Below are positions 51,107-62,420 of a stretch of 64,000 bases of DNA, piece by piece. The stretch lies in assembly GCA_036785375.1 (NCBI GenBank), contig JAWMAR010000025.1, positions 8,742,001 to 8,806,000 of the forward strand, given 5' to 3'. The DNA is from Leucoraja ocellata (lineage: Eukaryota). The position numbers and the translations under genes are program-made. The stretch's first letter is position 1. Each line of letters opens with the position of its first letter. The notes under the pieces are model-generated. The model saw only the letters and a list, made by a program, of their open reading frames with translations. It did no database searches and had not been told where the DNA came from.

Positions 51107-51268
51107 AAATTAATAGAAGGCCTATATGGACATTTGCGTGCCAATGAAAAGCCAGCAGTATTCCAGGCAACCTGCTTCTTTTATGCAACACCAGAAAAGA
51201 CTGCCAGGGAAGGACAAGTGCAGACTCCAAATAAAACTGCTTTGCCTTCCTCTATTTTTCATGCTCAG
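51107..51268 (+). CDS. Candidate extra EPB41 cassette exon (54 aa)
   Basis: Strong CT-rich tract 51040-51095, gtctag| acceptor, open phase-0 frame KLIEGLYGHLRANEKPAVF...SSIFHAQ, weak donor CAG|gtgcta. Confidence 0.4.
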
Positions 51269-52444
51269 GTGCTATATATATATGTTTTATTCTCAACTTA
51301 CTTGTTCTACTTGTATTCATAAACACAATTTATTTTATAAGGGCATATGCTTTCACACTTTTTTTAAAAGCTGGTCAATCTTTAAGCTAAAAAATGTAAA
51401 TGAGATCTTCTCCCCTCTGCAAAATGTTCAAATCTAGGCTAGACTCCACTTTCCGCACCAACACAATGTGAAATAATATACAAGATTTATTTTCCTAAAG
51501 ACCAAAATTAGTTCATGTTTATCAAATACTACTACCATTTAACCCAGAGATATGTTTTTAGCACGTGGACATCAAATTGCAGCATTCATGTTCTTGTTGC
51601 TTGCATTGGATTTTTGCCAGTAATGTAGCTGAGGGTATGTTTCCTCTTTGGCCATGTGCCCACTAAGTTCTACCCACATAGTATAAATTTTCAAAAATGC
51701 AGTGACTTTTACAGTGCAAAACTGAGCAACTTTTTACTCCAGCAGTCCTTTATAAAATAGAGACATTTTAATGTGTTAATTCTTTTGATATTTACTGCGA
51801 GGTCTTGCACTTAATGCTACTTTCAATTTACTTTTATTAGATTGAATCTTCACTCATGATTAGCACCAGAATCTGGACACAACTTGTGAAGATAAAATTG
51901 GGATGGAGGAAGGGTTTATCCAAACACGTTGATTGATAGCTTGATTTTTATGCCAATTGATATTAATTAGGTTTTATAAGTTGATGAAAGAAAATGTGCT
52001 ATTATTTGTTGGAGGTATTTTTCCAATGAATGTTTCATCTGTGAAGGGTACTATTGATATTGGAACAAATTATGCCAAGACTGAAACCTCTTATAAGATA
52101 TCACTGAGCCTTGCTATAATATTACTTACCCATAAAAATGCTATTATAGAACGGCATGGAGCGTATTTTCCCCTTTATAAATTAGACAAAATTGCTAATG
52201 TTTTTACGTTAATTATTCCTTAAATTTCATTAAATTAAAGGTTTTAGTGTTGCCTCATTGCAAAAGCACGGGCAATATTTGAATCCAAATTGTAATCAGT
52301 CCTTCATTTACACAACATGAGTCTCCTCATTGTAGCCAGAACATTTTTTTAAATGCAAGGTTGCCAACTTGATATTTAATTTCAACTACAACTCTGCTTA
52401 ATAATAATTTTCTTTAGGCCTTACATTTGCCCGTTTTCTTATAG

Positions 52445-52858
52445 AATATGGATGACGACCTGAAATCAAAATTTGAAGAGCTGTCAGAGTGTGTAAAGAT
52501 TGATCACAAGGCAGAAATAGAGGGACTGAAGCTTGAAAATGGCTTCAGCATGAGCCAAGTGACTGGCCCGTTGGAGTCTCCACTGAGACATGACTCTGAC
52601 CCTTCCTTTCTGAGTAACAGCAAGGAGGAGGAAGAATTCTGCCTCCTTCAGAACAAGGAGCTGAAGTGGCAGAGCAGGGCAGATATAGGCCTGGACATGC
52701 AGCCTGAGGTTTCAGAGGAGATTGAAGCAAAGGCCCTCATGAGCTCTGCTTCTCCTCAACTAAACCACCATCTGCAGGAAGGTGAACAGAAAGAACGACC
52801 TTTAAAGATAAATGCCTTTCATTACAATGAACCTCCTCGGCTAATCCGCTGCTTTCAG
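52445..52858 (+). CDS. EPB41: EPB41 exon 17B homologue (138 aa, acidic U3)
   Basis: ttatag|NMDDDLKSKFEELSECVK...LENG...PPRLIRCFQ|gtaaaa; 414 nt, phase 0/0; large acidic exon just before exon 18, as for mammalian 17B. Confidence 0.82.
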
Positions 52859-54315
52859 GTAAAACTGAAATCAGGAAACCACTGGGTCTTTTCAACTTCC
52901 ATCAAACGGATTTGCTTTCCACCATTAAAGCAAGGCACTGCAGCATGTTGATTTAACATTAACCTCCAAGTGAATCTGACTAATTTTAGCTACCTTCAAA
53001 ATGCAATTTGCTTTCTATATCGATTTTACGGAAAGCAAAGGGCTTCTTGGTGTTTACTTGCTTCAGTGTTGATGGTTTCTGGACATGGGAAATGTCGGTA
53101 AAGTACTTGTCAATCCAATTTGGAAACTGCAACAAATATTGCCTTTTGCCTGATCTCTGTCCTCTCTAAACTCTGACCAGTTCTGATACTAATGTTGGCT
53201 TTTGCACGGTGATTTATTAATGGTGGTTATAAATGGTGGCAGTTATGATGATTAACACTTCATTTATCCAAGTAAAAGAGCTATCAAAGATTGATCCTCA
53301 TCTCATGAATGTCAGTGGGCAGCAGTATCTGACACAACTGATTTGTAGGCCATGCATTTTTTTTCAATTTGTTCAAGTTTAACTGTACGGTATCATTGGC
53401 TTTGGCCAGAGTTGAACTATAAGAAGATTGTTCCCACAGGTTGTGCAATGTGGTGATTACACTGCATTGCCAGCAGTTAATGAATGAAAAACAAATTTGT
53501 GTTTTCATGTTTACCTTCAGTTTTATTTCCTCACGAACCTTGCTTGGACAACTTAATACAACAGCTACTATTAAATTGCTCCTAAAAAAAAAACCCCCAT
53601 AAATATTGAATGTCAAAAATATGCAGATGCTGGAAATCTGAAATGAAAACGAAGTGCTGGAAACACTCACCAAATCAGCAGGCATACTGTGGAAACTGGT
53701 GGGGCTATTGGCCTGAGATGCTGGCTCTGTTTCTCTCTCCACAGAATGCTGTCTCACCTGCTGAGTGATCCCAGCAATTTCTGGTTTTATTAATATTGAA
53801 CAATATAATTGATGCACCCTTTGGAATCTTGTCACTTGGGTTTGTTAAATGTACTTATTCATGAATACTTACACATATCACTAGCATCTGATTTTTTTTT
53901 TTTTTACATTTGGAGAGATAAGCGCTGACAGTTATTGATACCAATGGTAAAATTAAAGGCCTGTGTCAGAAATGCTCCTTTGACATGAATATTGCAGTTT
54001 GTGTTGGGGGATTGCTGTGTAAAGCCTGAACTGACTTCAATGGCAAAATAAAATGCAGGCTGCATTAATAAGTCAATTTGGATTCAATCACAGCATTAAT
54101 TACTGCTGTTTTGTGTTACTGCTGGACAATCCCTAAGTTATTTTAGGTATGCAGTGAAAGAAGATTTGGAAGAGCTCCCACTGTTGTGCTCTACAATACT
54201 GATGCAGCACTGATATTTGTTATGTCATTGGTAAAAGTTGCTTACTGTGGCCAGTTATATAATCTCCTTTGGGGAAAACTCAGCAAATCTGACTTTCTTT
54301 TTCCACTTGGAACAG

Positions 54316-54441
54316 CCGCCACTTGTGAAGACTCAAACTGTGACCATCCCTGACGTGCCACCCTCTGAAAATGAAATTGCTACCAATGAAGTTCCTGTTG
54401 TTCACACAGAAACAAAGACCATCACCTATGAAGCAGCACAG
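54316..54441 (+). CDS. EPB41: EPB41 exon 18 (CTD)
   Basis: gaacag|PPLVKTQTVTIPDVPPSENEIATNEVPVVHTETKTITYEAAQ|gtttgt; 126 nt. Confidence 0.95.
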
Positions 54442-54774
54442 GTTTGTAATTATTCTGAGATAAATTTGCTTTGTCGCAGCTTGAGCATTCGATTAGAATT
54501 TTGTGGCACCTCTTGGGGAAGGCGTCACCACACAAAGCTTATTCAGTGAACGGGTTGAGCCTTACAACTTGGGGAAGCTCTCAGGTCTGATCTTGCCGTC
54601 TTTGCTATTTATTAATGTCAAGCAGCTGGTTTTAATGCCTCTGGGTTAAAGTGTTAAAATTTGGTCACAGTTCTGTTTGTCTTCACCAGTAAATTATTTG
54701 TATCGGATTGTGATTCTGTGGTCTTAAATTGAGGACTTTGTATTTTGGGGACATTGTGACCTCAAATACCTGCT

Positions 54775-54879
54775 ACCAAGATGCAGGACAGAACGCCACA
54801 GGAGATCCTTCTTCCCTGTGGCTATCAAACTGTGCAACTCCTCCCCCTTCTGTCGTGGGATAGACTGAGACTTCCTTCT

Positions 54880-54914
<35 letters not shown>

Positions 54915-55036
54915 CTTTGCACATCCCCAATCCTTTTTACTCCTCACTTTAATTTCCTGTCTCATGTATTTTTGTGTTTTCATGACTGTTGGCAGATCAA
55001 TTTCCCTCCTGGGATAAATAAAGTTCTATCGTATCG
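54775..55036 (+). mobile_element. Rex1/Babar-like LINE 3' end with 8-bp TSD
   Basis: RCRTERHRRSFFPVAIKLCN C-terminus; tail gggataaataaagttctatcgtatcg; TACCTGCT at 54767-54774 and 55037-55044; internal poly-C. Confidence 0.8.
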
Positions 55037-55991
55037 TACCTGCTTGCATTACTCTTACCGATATGGCATATAATAAGGGTGTGGGTAACTAGCAAATACC
55101 ATGGATTGCAGGAGAGCAAGGGACATTTATTTTAATTTACCTCTGAATGTGCCATTCTGTAGGATTCAACTCCATGAAAGCCCCACATAGAATATTAAGA
55201 ACTGTGACATGTTGCATTATGTACACCAACTTTTCAGTTCAACTGCCTGACATTTTATTGTGTGTTACTGGGCCTGTAAAGCTACAGCAAGAAATAATTT
55301 CATTATTCCGTTGCTTGTACATATGACAATTAAACTGTCTTAACTTGATTCCCTTGACATTTTGAGGAGTAAAAGCTTTCCTCCCACAAAACTAATTAAT
55401 TGACATAGTATTGGAGACTTGTCACTGTTTAACTTTTAGTTATGTCACCTGTTCAATTTCTGTAATCTTAAATTGGTTTTTTGAGTGTTTTAGATGGGAT
55501 CTGTTGGCTCTAGAATAACATTGCCTGCAAAGTCAGCTAATATAATGCACAATTGGCCAGCCACACATCTTTCACAATCCATAAACTTGAGTTTGTTCTT
55601 AATTCAGTTGCCAGTATCCTAACAAATGCCAAATCCTGTTTATTCTTCACTGCTATGCTTTTTGGCCTTCATATCCACCAGCCCCTCAGTATTACAATCC
55701 CCATCCTGGTTTTCAGATCCTTTTTATAGACAGCTCTCCCTCCACAGCTCTGCAATCCTTTCCAGTATTAAAACTTTGAGAACTTGGTGTTCTTCCAGTT
55801 GTGGCCTATGTGCCCGCTGTCTCCTATCGAGCAGAGGCAGCTAGGCGTTAAACATCTGGGCCCAAAGCTCTGAAATGTATTTCTTAAATCCCACTGCCTG
55901 CTTTCTTCTTGTGCTGGTTATAAATGGCCATTAAACTACTGAACACCCATTTTAATAAATCTCCATTCTGGTTTGTTGTAATTTGGTGCAG

Positions 55992-56093
55992 ACAGGTGAT
56001 TGTAATAGTGATGGTGAGCCTGGGGTATTGATGTCTGCTCAAACTATCACAGCTGAGACTGTGTCCACCACCACAACCACACAGATCACAAAG
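55992..56093 (+). CDS. EPB41: EPB41 exon 19 (CTD)
   Basis: gtgcag|TGDCNSDGEPGVLMSAQTITAETVSTTTTTQITK|gtaagg; 102 nt. Confidence 0.95.
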
Positions 56094-56371
56094 GTAAGGG
56101 TAACGTATCCAAATTCCGAAAGATTTCCATTGAATATTTTGCTGATTCAAAAATGGTGCATGTAACTTTTCTAATATAATACATTTATAAGATGAATGAA
56201 TTTACAATGTGTAAAAAGATGCGCAGTGGTATTTGTCAATGTTGTTTCCCAGTCAGTTATAGGAAGTATTCGGTAATGACACCAGTGAGTGTACACATCC
56301 CAGTTAGTTTTACATCACTATATTCAATGCAGTAACATTTATAATGTGCTTTCATTTTTTTTTTGTTCCAG

Positions 56372-56452
56372 ACTATTAAAGGAGGAATTTCAGAAACCAG
56401 AATTGAGAAACGAATTGTAATCACAGGAGATGCAAATGTTGACCATGATCAG
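56372..56452 (+). CDS. EPB41: EPB41 exon 20 (CTD)
   Basis: ttccag|[27 protein letters not shown]|gtgaaa; 81 nt. Confidence 0.96.
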
Positions 56453-57226
56453 GTGAAAACCCTTTTTTTTTTTTTTTCCTGTGCCGTGAGTTGATAGATT
56501 ATATTTATAAAACTATGTTTTGGATAAAGATATCAATCCTCATATGAATGCAAATAGTATTTATCTCTCAATTAATAGTGCTAGTATTTCTCAATACACC
56601 TGGTACTGTCCGCGAGTGATTAGTTTCATAAATAACAAGGTACTTGGATAAACACCAAAGATAGACACAAAATGCTGGAGTAACTCAGAGGGACAGGCAG
56701 CATCTCTGGAGAGATGGAATGGTTGGCGTTTCGGGTCGAGACCCTTTTTCAGACTGACTTAGATAATGTTATTAATTAGTTCCAGAGAATTTTATCACAC
56801 TGAAATGATAAATTATTATCATATTTCTGGACAACATATGCTTTAGCCTGGTCTCTAGTTTTCCGATCGCAAGATTCTTATTGCAACCAGGTGTATGAAA
56901 TTGTTTTTCCCCCCAGCTTTAAGGAGGTCATCCAAGTAAACACTCGGCTTCCTAGGTCCCAGAATTAGTCTCAGTCATGAGATTTCCTAGTATAGAATCA
57001 TGATCCTTGTATCCTGTGGTGCAGGAGGCTGGAGCACAGTATGCAGCACCTGCGACAGCCATTCTACCACTGAAGTCTGATTAGGATGCAATATATTGTC
57101 AGTGTATACCAAGATTGCTCCTTAGTACTTCATTTTTGTTATTCGACAAGTATTTTGGTGGGTTAGCAATCTGCTCTTTTTAGGGAAATATTCCGTTGAC
57201 ACTCTGAAGAAATAGAAAATGACTGG

Positions 57227-57666
57227 ACCAGAAAAAACTGATAGACTCGGCTTGTACTCGCTAGAATTTAGAAGATTGAGGGGGGGGATCTTATAGAAAC
57301 TTACAAAATTCTTAAGGGGTCGGACAGGCTAGATGCAGGAAGATTGTACCCAATGTTGGGGAAGTCGAGAACAAGGGGTCACAGTTCAAGGATAAGGGGG
57401 AAGTCATTTAGGACGGAGATGAGAAAAACATTTTTCACACAGAGAGTGGTGAATCTGTGGAATTCTCTGCCACAGAAGGTAGTTGAGGCCAGTTCATTGG
57501 CTATATTTAAGAGGAAGTTAGATGGGGCCCTTGTAGCTAATGGGATCAGGGGGTATGGAGAGAAGGCAGGTATGGGATACTGAGTTGGATGATCAACCAA
57601 GTTGGATGAGTGGTGGTGCAGGCTCGAAGGGCCGAATGGTCTACTCCACCTATTTTCTATGTTTCT
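57227..57666 (+). mobile_element. Young CR1-type LINE 3' end
   Basis: SRTRGHSSRIRGKSFRTEMRKTFFTQRVVNLWNSLPQKVVEASSLAIFKR plus the conserved tail. Confidence 0.9.
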
Positions 57667-57766
57667 AAAATGTAAAACACGTGTAATTAACAAACTGAAG
57701 TATTCCAAGGAACATATTTGATTAAATATTTGGAGATGTTTTTTTCACATTTGTGTACTTTGGCAG

Positions 57767-57865
57767 GCTTTGGCACAAGCCATCAAAGAAGCCAAAGAGC
57801 AACATCCGGATATGTCTGTGACCAAGGTGGTGGTGCATCAGGAAACAGAGGTGGAGAAGGAATAA
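57767..57865 (+). CDS. EPB41: EPB41 exon 21 (CTD end, stop TAA 57863-57865; exon ends 57872)
   Basis: tggcag|ALAQAIKEAKEQHPDMSVTKVVVHQETEVEKE* then AACCCAG|gtaaag donor. Confidence 0.96.
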   Translation, partial: ALAQAIKEAKEQHPDMSVTKVVVHQETEVEKE

Positions 57866-58854
57866 AACCCAGGTAAAGCATTTAATCAGAGATTCCACTG
57901 TCTTTGGCATTGGGATTGTGAAAAAATGGCAACTGTATTTGCAAACATTATTAAATTAATGGATTTTCTGGCAAGATTACACGTTATGTGATGAATTGAA
58001 ATCAATATCCCTCTAATTTTATGTGGGTGTAGTTTTGAGCTGATAATACAGTGTACTGCACTGTAGCAAAGATTATAAACTGCAGGTAGGTTTTGTTACA
58101 GATCAATCAATAATATTGAATAGCAAGCAGAAAATTGCCAATCCGGATCCAATCGATTACACAATACTGCCTCATTGCAGCGTCAAAAATTGTCCAATGG
58201 TACATCCTCATGTTAAGATAATTGTGTGCTCCGGTTTCCTCCCTTGCAACATTCCAAAGACGTATAGGTTTGTAGATTAAATGGCTTCAATAAAATTGTA
58301 AATTGTCCCTAGTGCTGTGGATCGCTGGTTGGCACGGACTCGGTAGAGCTGAGGAGCCTGTTTCCGCGCTGCATCTCTAAACTGAACTAAACCTATAAAT
58401 AATTAACACAGTGCAATAATGCCTTGGATGTCTAGAATGGGAAGGTGCCATTTTGGATGTTGGCTATTATAATGCAACCTTTTCTGGCAGCTCGTTCCAT
58501 ACACCCACCACGCTCCGAGTGGAAAAAGTTGCTGTTCAGGTTCCTATTAAATCTTTCCCCTCTCAGCTTAAACCTATACTCTCTATTTCTTGATTCCCCT
58601 CCTTTGGGTAAAAGATTCTGTGTGTTCACCCTGTTTCCCTCATGGTCTTGTACACCTCTGGAAGATCACCCCACATTTAACTGTCTGCCACTTTTTGTGG
58701 GGAGGGGGGGGGGATTAAACTAAGATGATTTGTAGACAAACTGAATTGCAGTCACGGCAGATTGAAATCTTGGATTGCATTGGCAATAAAATGCCTATAT
58801 TTAGTGTTCCCTTTGGCATCAGGGTGATAATAACTTCCCCTTTTTGTTTTACAG

Positions 58855-60500
58855 CGGTAAAGAAAATACAGCGGGGAGCAGCTTTCCAAGTCCTGCTACT
58901 TGGCCGTTCATTAGAAGATTTTTATACCTCTTTTTAGGATCTGCTCACTGCCATTTGTGTTTGCTTTGCAGCCCTTCAATAATTACCAACTAGACAAAGA
59001 ACCTATGACTAGAAGAGATATCTAAGCCAAGGAATAATCCTGGACTTTTTTTGTTTTTTATTATTACATGGAAACATCCTATTTGATACAGTTTTAGATC
59101 CATAGATTTTTACATATTTCAGAACCTAAAAACACAGATTGGTGGTGGGGGGGTGGGGGAGGGGGGGTGCTTTGTATTTGGGGGAGCTGTGGGATCCCAC
59201 AGCCTGTCTTAGTGCAGAAGATATCAGAATGAATTTTCAATGCATAGAAAGGGAAATTAAGTAATTTGGATAGGGTGGAGAAATAAAATCGCAGCACAGT
59301 TTTAATCATGAACCATTTTATACTGTGAAATAAAGGAGCTGTGAATAGTTGTGAACTTGGCATTTAATTTTTCAAATGTTTTAGCAAAGGAGTCTTAATT
59401 TTTACTTATCAGGAGGAGCCTTCCACATTTTCCTTCTGAAAGCAGTAGAAACCAGCTGGCATTTCTTAAAATTTGGTCGATTCTGGTGGGGTTTTTGATT
59501 ATAAGCGGCGATTGAATCGCTGAAGTTAAAATGAAACTCCAATGTTTAAGGCTAATGTTCAGGAAATCTTTTAATTTTTCATTCTACTTTTAAAGAAAAT
59601 CTTTTTAACAACTTTGGAAAAGGGATATTACAGCTTTGATATTATCCGGAAGTTGTATCGGGCTTAAATGAACAGCCAAAAAAAAAGGTATGGCCTTTGT
59701 AGGATTCAAGGTCATCAAGTTCTAAATTAAGTAATATGGAGTAAATTATTGAGAATTGCTATCTTATTTATGTTCCAGATTTTGTTTACTATATGGGGAA
59801 AATTCTCAATATGCATTGCATGGTCTTGGCTGGATAATATAATCTTTAATACCTTTTCGCACTGTTGATCATCTGTGTTTTAATGTGTCATGTAAAGTGA
59901 AGTATATCCAGCCTGGACTTTTGCTGGTAAATTTCATGTGCCTCGCCAAAACTGTGCTTGTAGATTTAGATATCGAAACAATATCGAGGCACTGGAATAC
60001 CTTTTAGTAGTTTTATAATCCGAAGGGGAAGAAAACCTTAATTTATCATGCACATAGATTTGTATTGTCAAATGTTGATCTGTGAGCCACATGAAGTATT
60101 GGGGGAAAAAGAAGTCATTTAAATTTATGATCCCAATCCTACTATGAAAATCAGCTCAGTACTTTAAATTCCATTTTTTAGATGTGGGCTCTACTGATTT
60201 GAAGGATTTTTGTACAGTTCTTTATATTGTATAGAATTAGCAACTCAAACTTTTACTCCATTAGGTTTTACTTTTAGAACATGTAATCATGAAAATGAAT
60301 CGAGGAGTCTTTGTAGATATGAATTAGTGGGAATAATCACACTACTGTGGGACTTCAGTTAAACCATGATCATATTGATGATGTGATAGGAAACTTCAGT
60401 TGTAGCATTTGGTAGCTGAAAGTGTTGAAATGAAATCATCCTTCTATGGCTTTTGAATACAAATTTTAAAGAAATAAACCTTTTTGATCATAAACTGAAC
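58855..60500 (+). other. EPB41: Probable non-coding terminal exon / 3' UTR of EPB41
   Basis: Donor after the stop implies a downstream exon. Best acceptor is tttttgttttacag| at 58854 (alternatives 58937, 58971). Repeat-poor AU-rich sequence with AATAAA at 59282, 59329 and 60473. Boundaries uncertain. Confidence 0.5.
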
Positions 60501-60681
60501 TGCCGAACTTTTGTATTATTTGTGACTGTTTGCCTTAATTCTTCCTTTTCATAGGAAGAATTGTGTTAATATGGCACCTTTAATGATCCCAAAGGAATTC
60601 AGAGAAATGTTCAATACCGTTTCTATGTAATCATTGTTAATTTGCAGAAACTTTGTTGCAATTTATAATTCATTGCATGTA

Positions 60682-61340
60682 CAGTGCCCTCCATAATGTT
60701 TGAGACAAAGACCCATCATTTATTTATTTCCCTCTGTACTCCATAATTTGAGATTTGTAATAGAAAAAAATCACATGTGGTTAAAGTGCACATTGTCAGA
60801 TTTCATTAAAGGGCATTTTTATGCATTTTGGCTTCACCATGTAGAAATTACAGCTGTGTTTATACATAGTTCCCCCATTTCAGGACACCATCATGTTTGG
60901 GACACATGGCCTCACAGGCGCTTGTAATTGCTCAGGTGTGTTTAATTGCCTCCTTAATGCAGGTATAAGAGTGCTCTCGGCACCTAATCTTTCCTCCAAT
61001 TTTTCCATCACCTTTGGAAACTTGTATTGCTGTTTATCAACATGAGGAGCAAAGATGTGCTAACGAAAGTCAAAAAAGCCATTATGAGACTGAGAAACAA
61101 AAGTAAAACTGTTAGAGACATCAGCCAAACATTAAGCTTACCAAAATCAACTGTTTGGAACATCATTAAGAAGAGAGCACTGGTGAGCTTACTAATCGCA
61201 AAGGGACTTGGCAGGCCAAGGAAGACCTCCACAGCTGATGACAGAAGAATTCTCTCTATAATAAAGAAAAATCCCCAAACACCTGTCCGACAGATCAGAA
61301 ACACTATTCAGGAGTCAGTTGTGGATTTGTCGATGATTTT
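60682..61340 (+). mobile_element. Tc1/mariner transposon, 5' remnant (left TIR and transposase DNA-binding domain)
   Basis: TA|CAGTG terminus; outer/inner repeats ccataatgtttgagaca / ccatcatgtttgggaca (IR/DR type); ORF from 61042 with paired-like HTH (VRDISQTLSLPKSTVWNIIKK) and GRPRKT; truncated before the DDE domain. Confidence 0.88.
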
Positions 61341-61694
61341 GACAATTTGACAATGACCAATGATTTGTACGATGATAGTTTCTTATAGTTTAGAGCCACA
61401 GCATGGAAACAGGCCCTTCGGCCCATTGTGTCCAGGCCGACCATCAATCACCCATTCACACCAGTTGTCTTTGAAGTTCTAAAGGAAATATCTAGCAGGG
61501 CAGGCAGCAAATGCAGAGATCAAAATTGAGTTACATTACACGTTGCAGATTTGTCATCAAATACTAGCCAGTTATGATGCACATTGAATTTTTTTTTTTA
61601 ATGGAAATGCTAGAAATCTGAAATAAAAAGTAAAAATACTGGAGACATTGCAGGTCAGGCAGCATCTGTTGAAAGACAACGTGTAATGCTTCAT

Positions 61695-61860
61695 GTGTTT
61701 AAGAGGGAACTGCAGATGCTGGAGAATCGAAGGTTACACAGAAAAGCTGGAGAAACTCAGCGGGTGCAGCAGCATCTATGGAGCGAAGGAAATAGGCAAC
61801 GTTTCGGGCCGAAACCCTTCTTCAGATGCTGCTGCACCCGCTGAGTTTCTCCAGCTTTTC
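61695..61860 (-). mobile_element. Penelope-like short repeat with hammerhead core, inverted segment and 15-bp TSD
   Basis: CGTGTAATGCTTCAT at 61680-61694 and 61861-61875; perfect 37-bp inverted repeat 61741-61777 / 61824-61860. Confidence 0.75.
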
Positions 61861-61969
61861 CGTGTAATGCTTCATACTCTCCTTGTGCACCTATTTTGTG
61901 GAAATTTCTTCGAGCTCCATAAAGTATGCAGGTAAATTTCTGTAGTGATGTGAAAGGATTTAGTAGTCA

Positions 61970-62420
61970 TCAATCAACCAATCAATCAATCAACCTTTAT
62001 TGTCATCTTGCAAGCAACAGTTGTACAGTGCAAAATGAAAAGACGTTTCCATGGGAATAGCGGAGCATCGCACATGAAATTTAAAACATTTCACACATAA
62101 TAACACTAAAAACAATCCAGTCCCTGATGGAACAGTATAAATAGTTAAAAGCAGGTAAATCACAACGTTAAAATACAATAAACCAATCATAAAAATGTCT
62201 GGGGCAGCTGATTTGAGTGGCCAGTGCCAGTTATTAAAGTGTCCGTGCCAGCCGCAGAATCAAGTGACTGTGAGTACAGAGTGACTGTTTAGCAGCCTCA
62301 CAGCCTGTGGTAGGAAGCTGTTTAGCAGTCTTGTAGGCTTTGATGCTTCGATATCTCTTGCCTGATGGCAGGAGATCCAGGTGTATGTGGAGGGGGTGCA
62401 GTTTGTCCTTAGCAATTCCT
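61970..62420 (-). mobile_element. Rex1/Babar-like LINE 3' fragment
   Basis: (CAAT)n tail then tttattgtca; agcctcacagcctgtggtaggaagctgtt (minus: NSFLPQAVRL). Confidence 0.7.

Larger units (their letters stand above)
4654..57872 (+). other. EPB41: EPB41 (protein 4.1R) gene body, AUG1 exon to stop-codon exon; non-coding first exons are not identified in the window
   Basis: Spliced exons translate to MTTE... headpiece, MHCKV-starting FERM domain, FA domain, SAB (GENIYVRHSNLMLE-DLDK...SELKRNFMES...EWDKRLS) and CTD ([18 protein letters not shown]...HPDMSVTKVVVHQETE). 4.1R-specific motifs (LDLHS.SSAETQ/PAQE, MHCKV, PPLVKTQTVTI) favour EPB41 over EPB41L1/2/3. Confidence 0.95.

Noticed and set aside
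53284-53835. 183-aa minus-strand ORF
   Set aside because: Overlaps a palindromic Penelope-like repeat; non-ATG start; no domain signal.
54881-54911. Long poly-C tract (also 13343, 13583, 47718) with G4 potential
   Set aside because: Simple homopolymers, mostly inside repeats; lengths are unreliable in assemblies.
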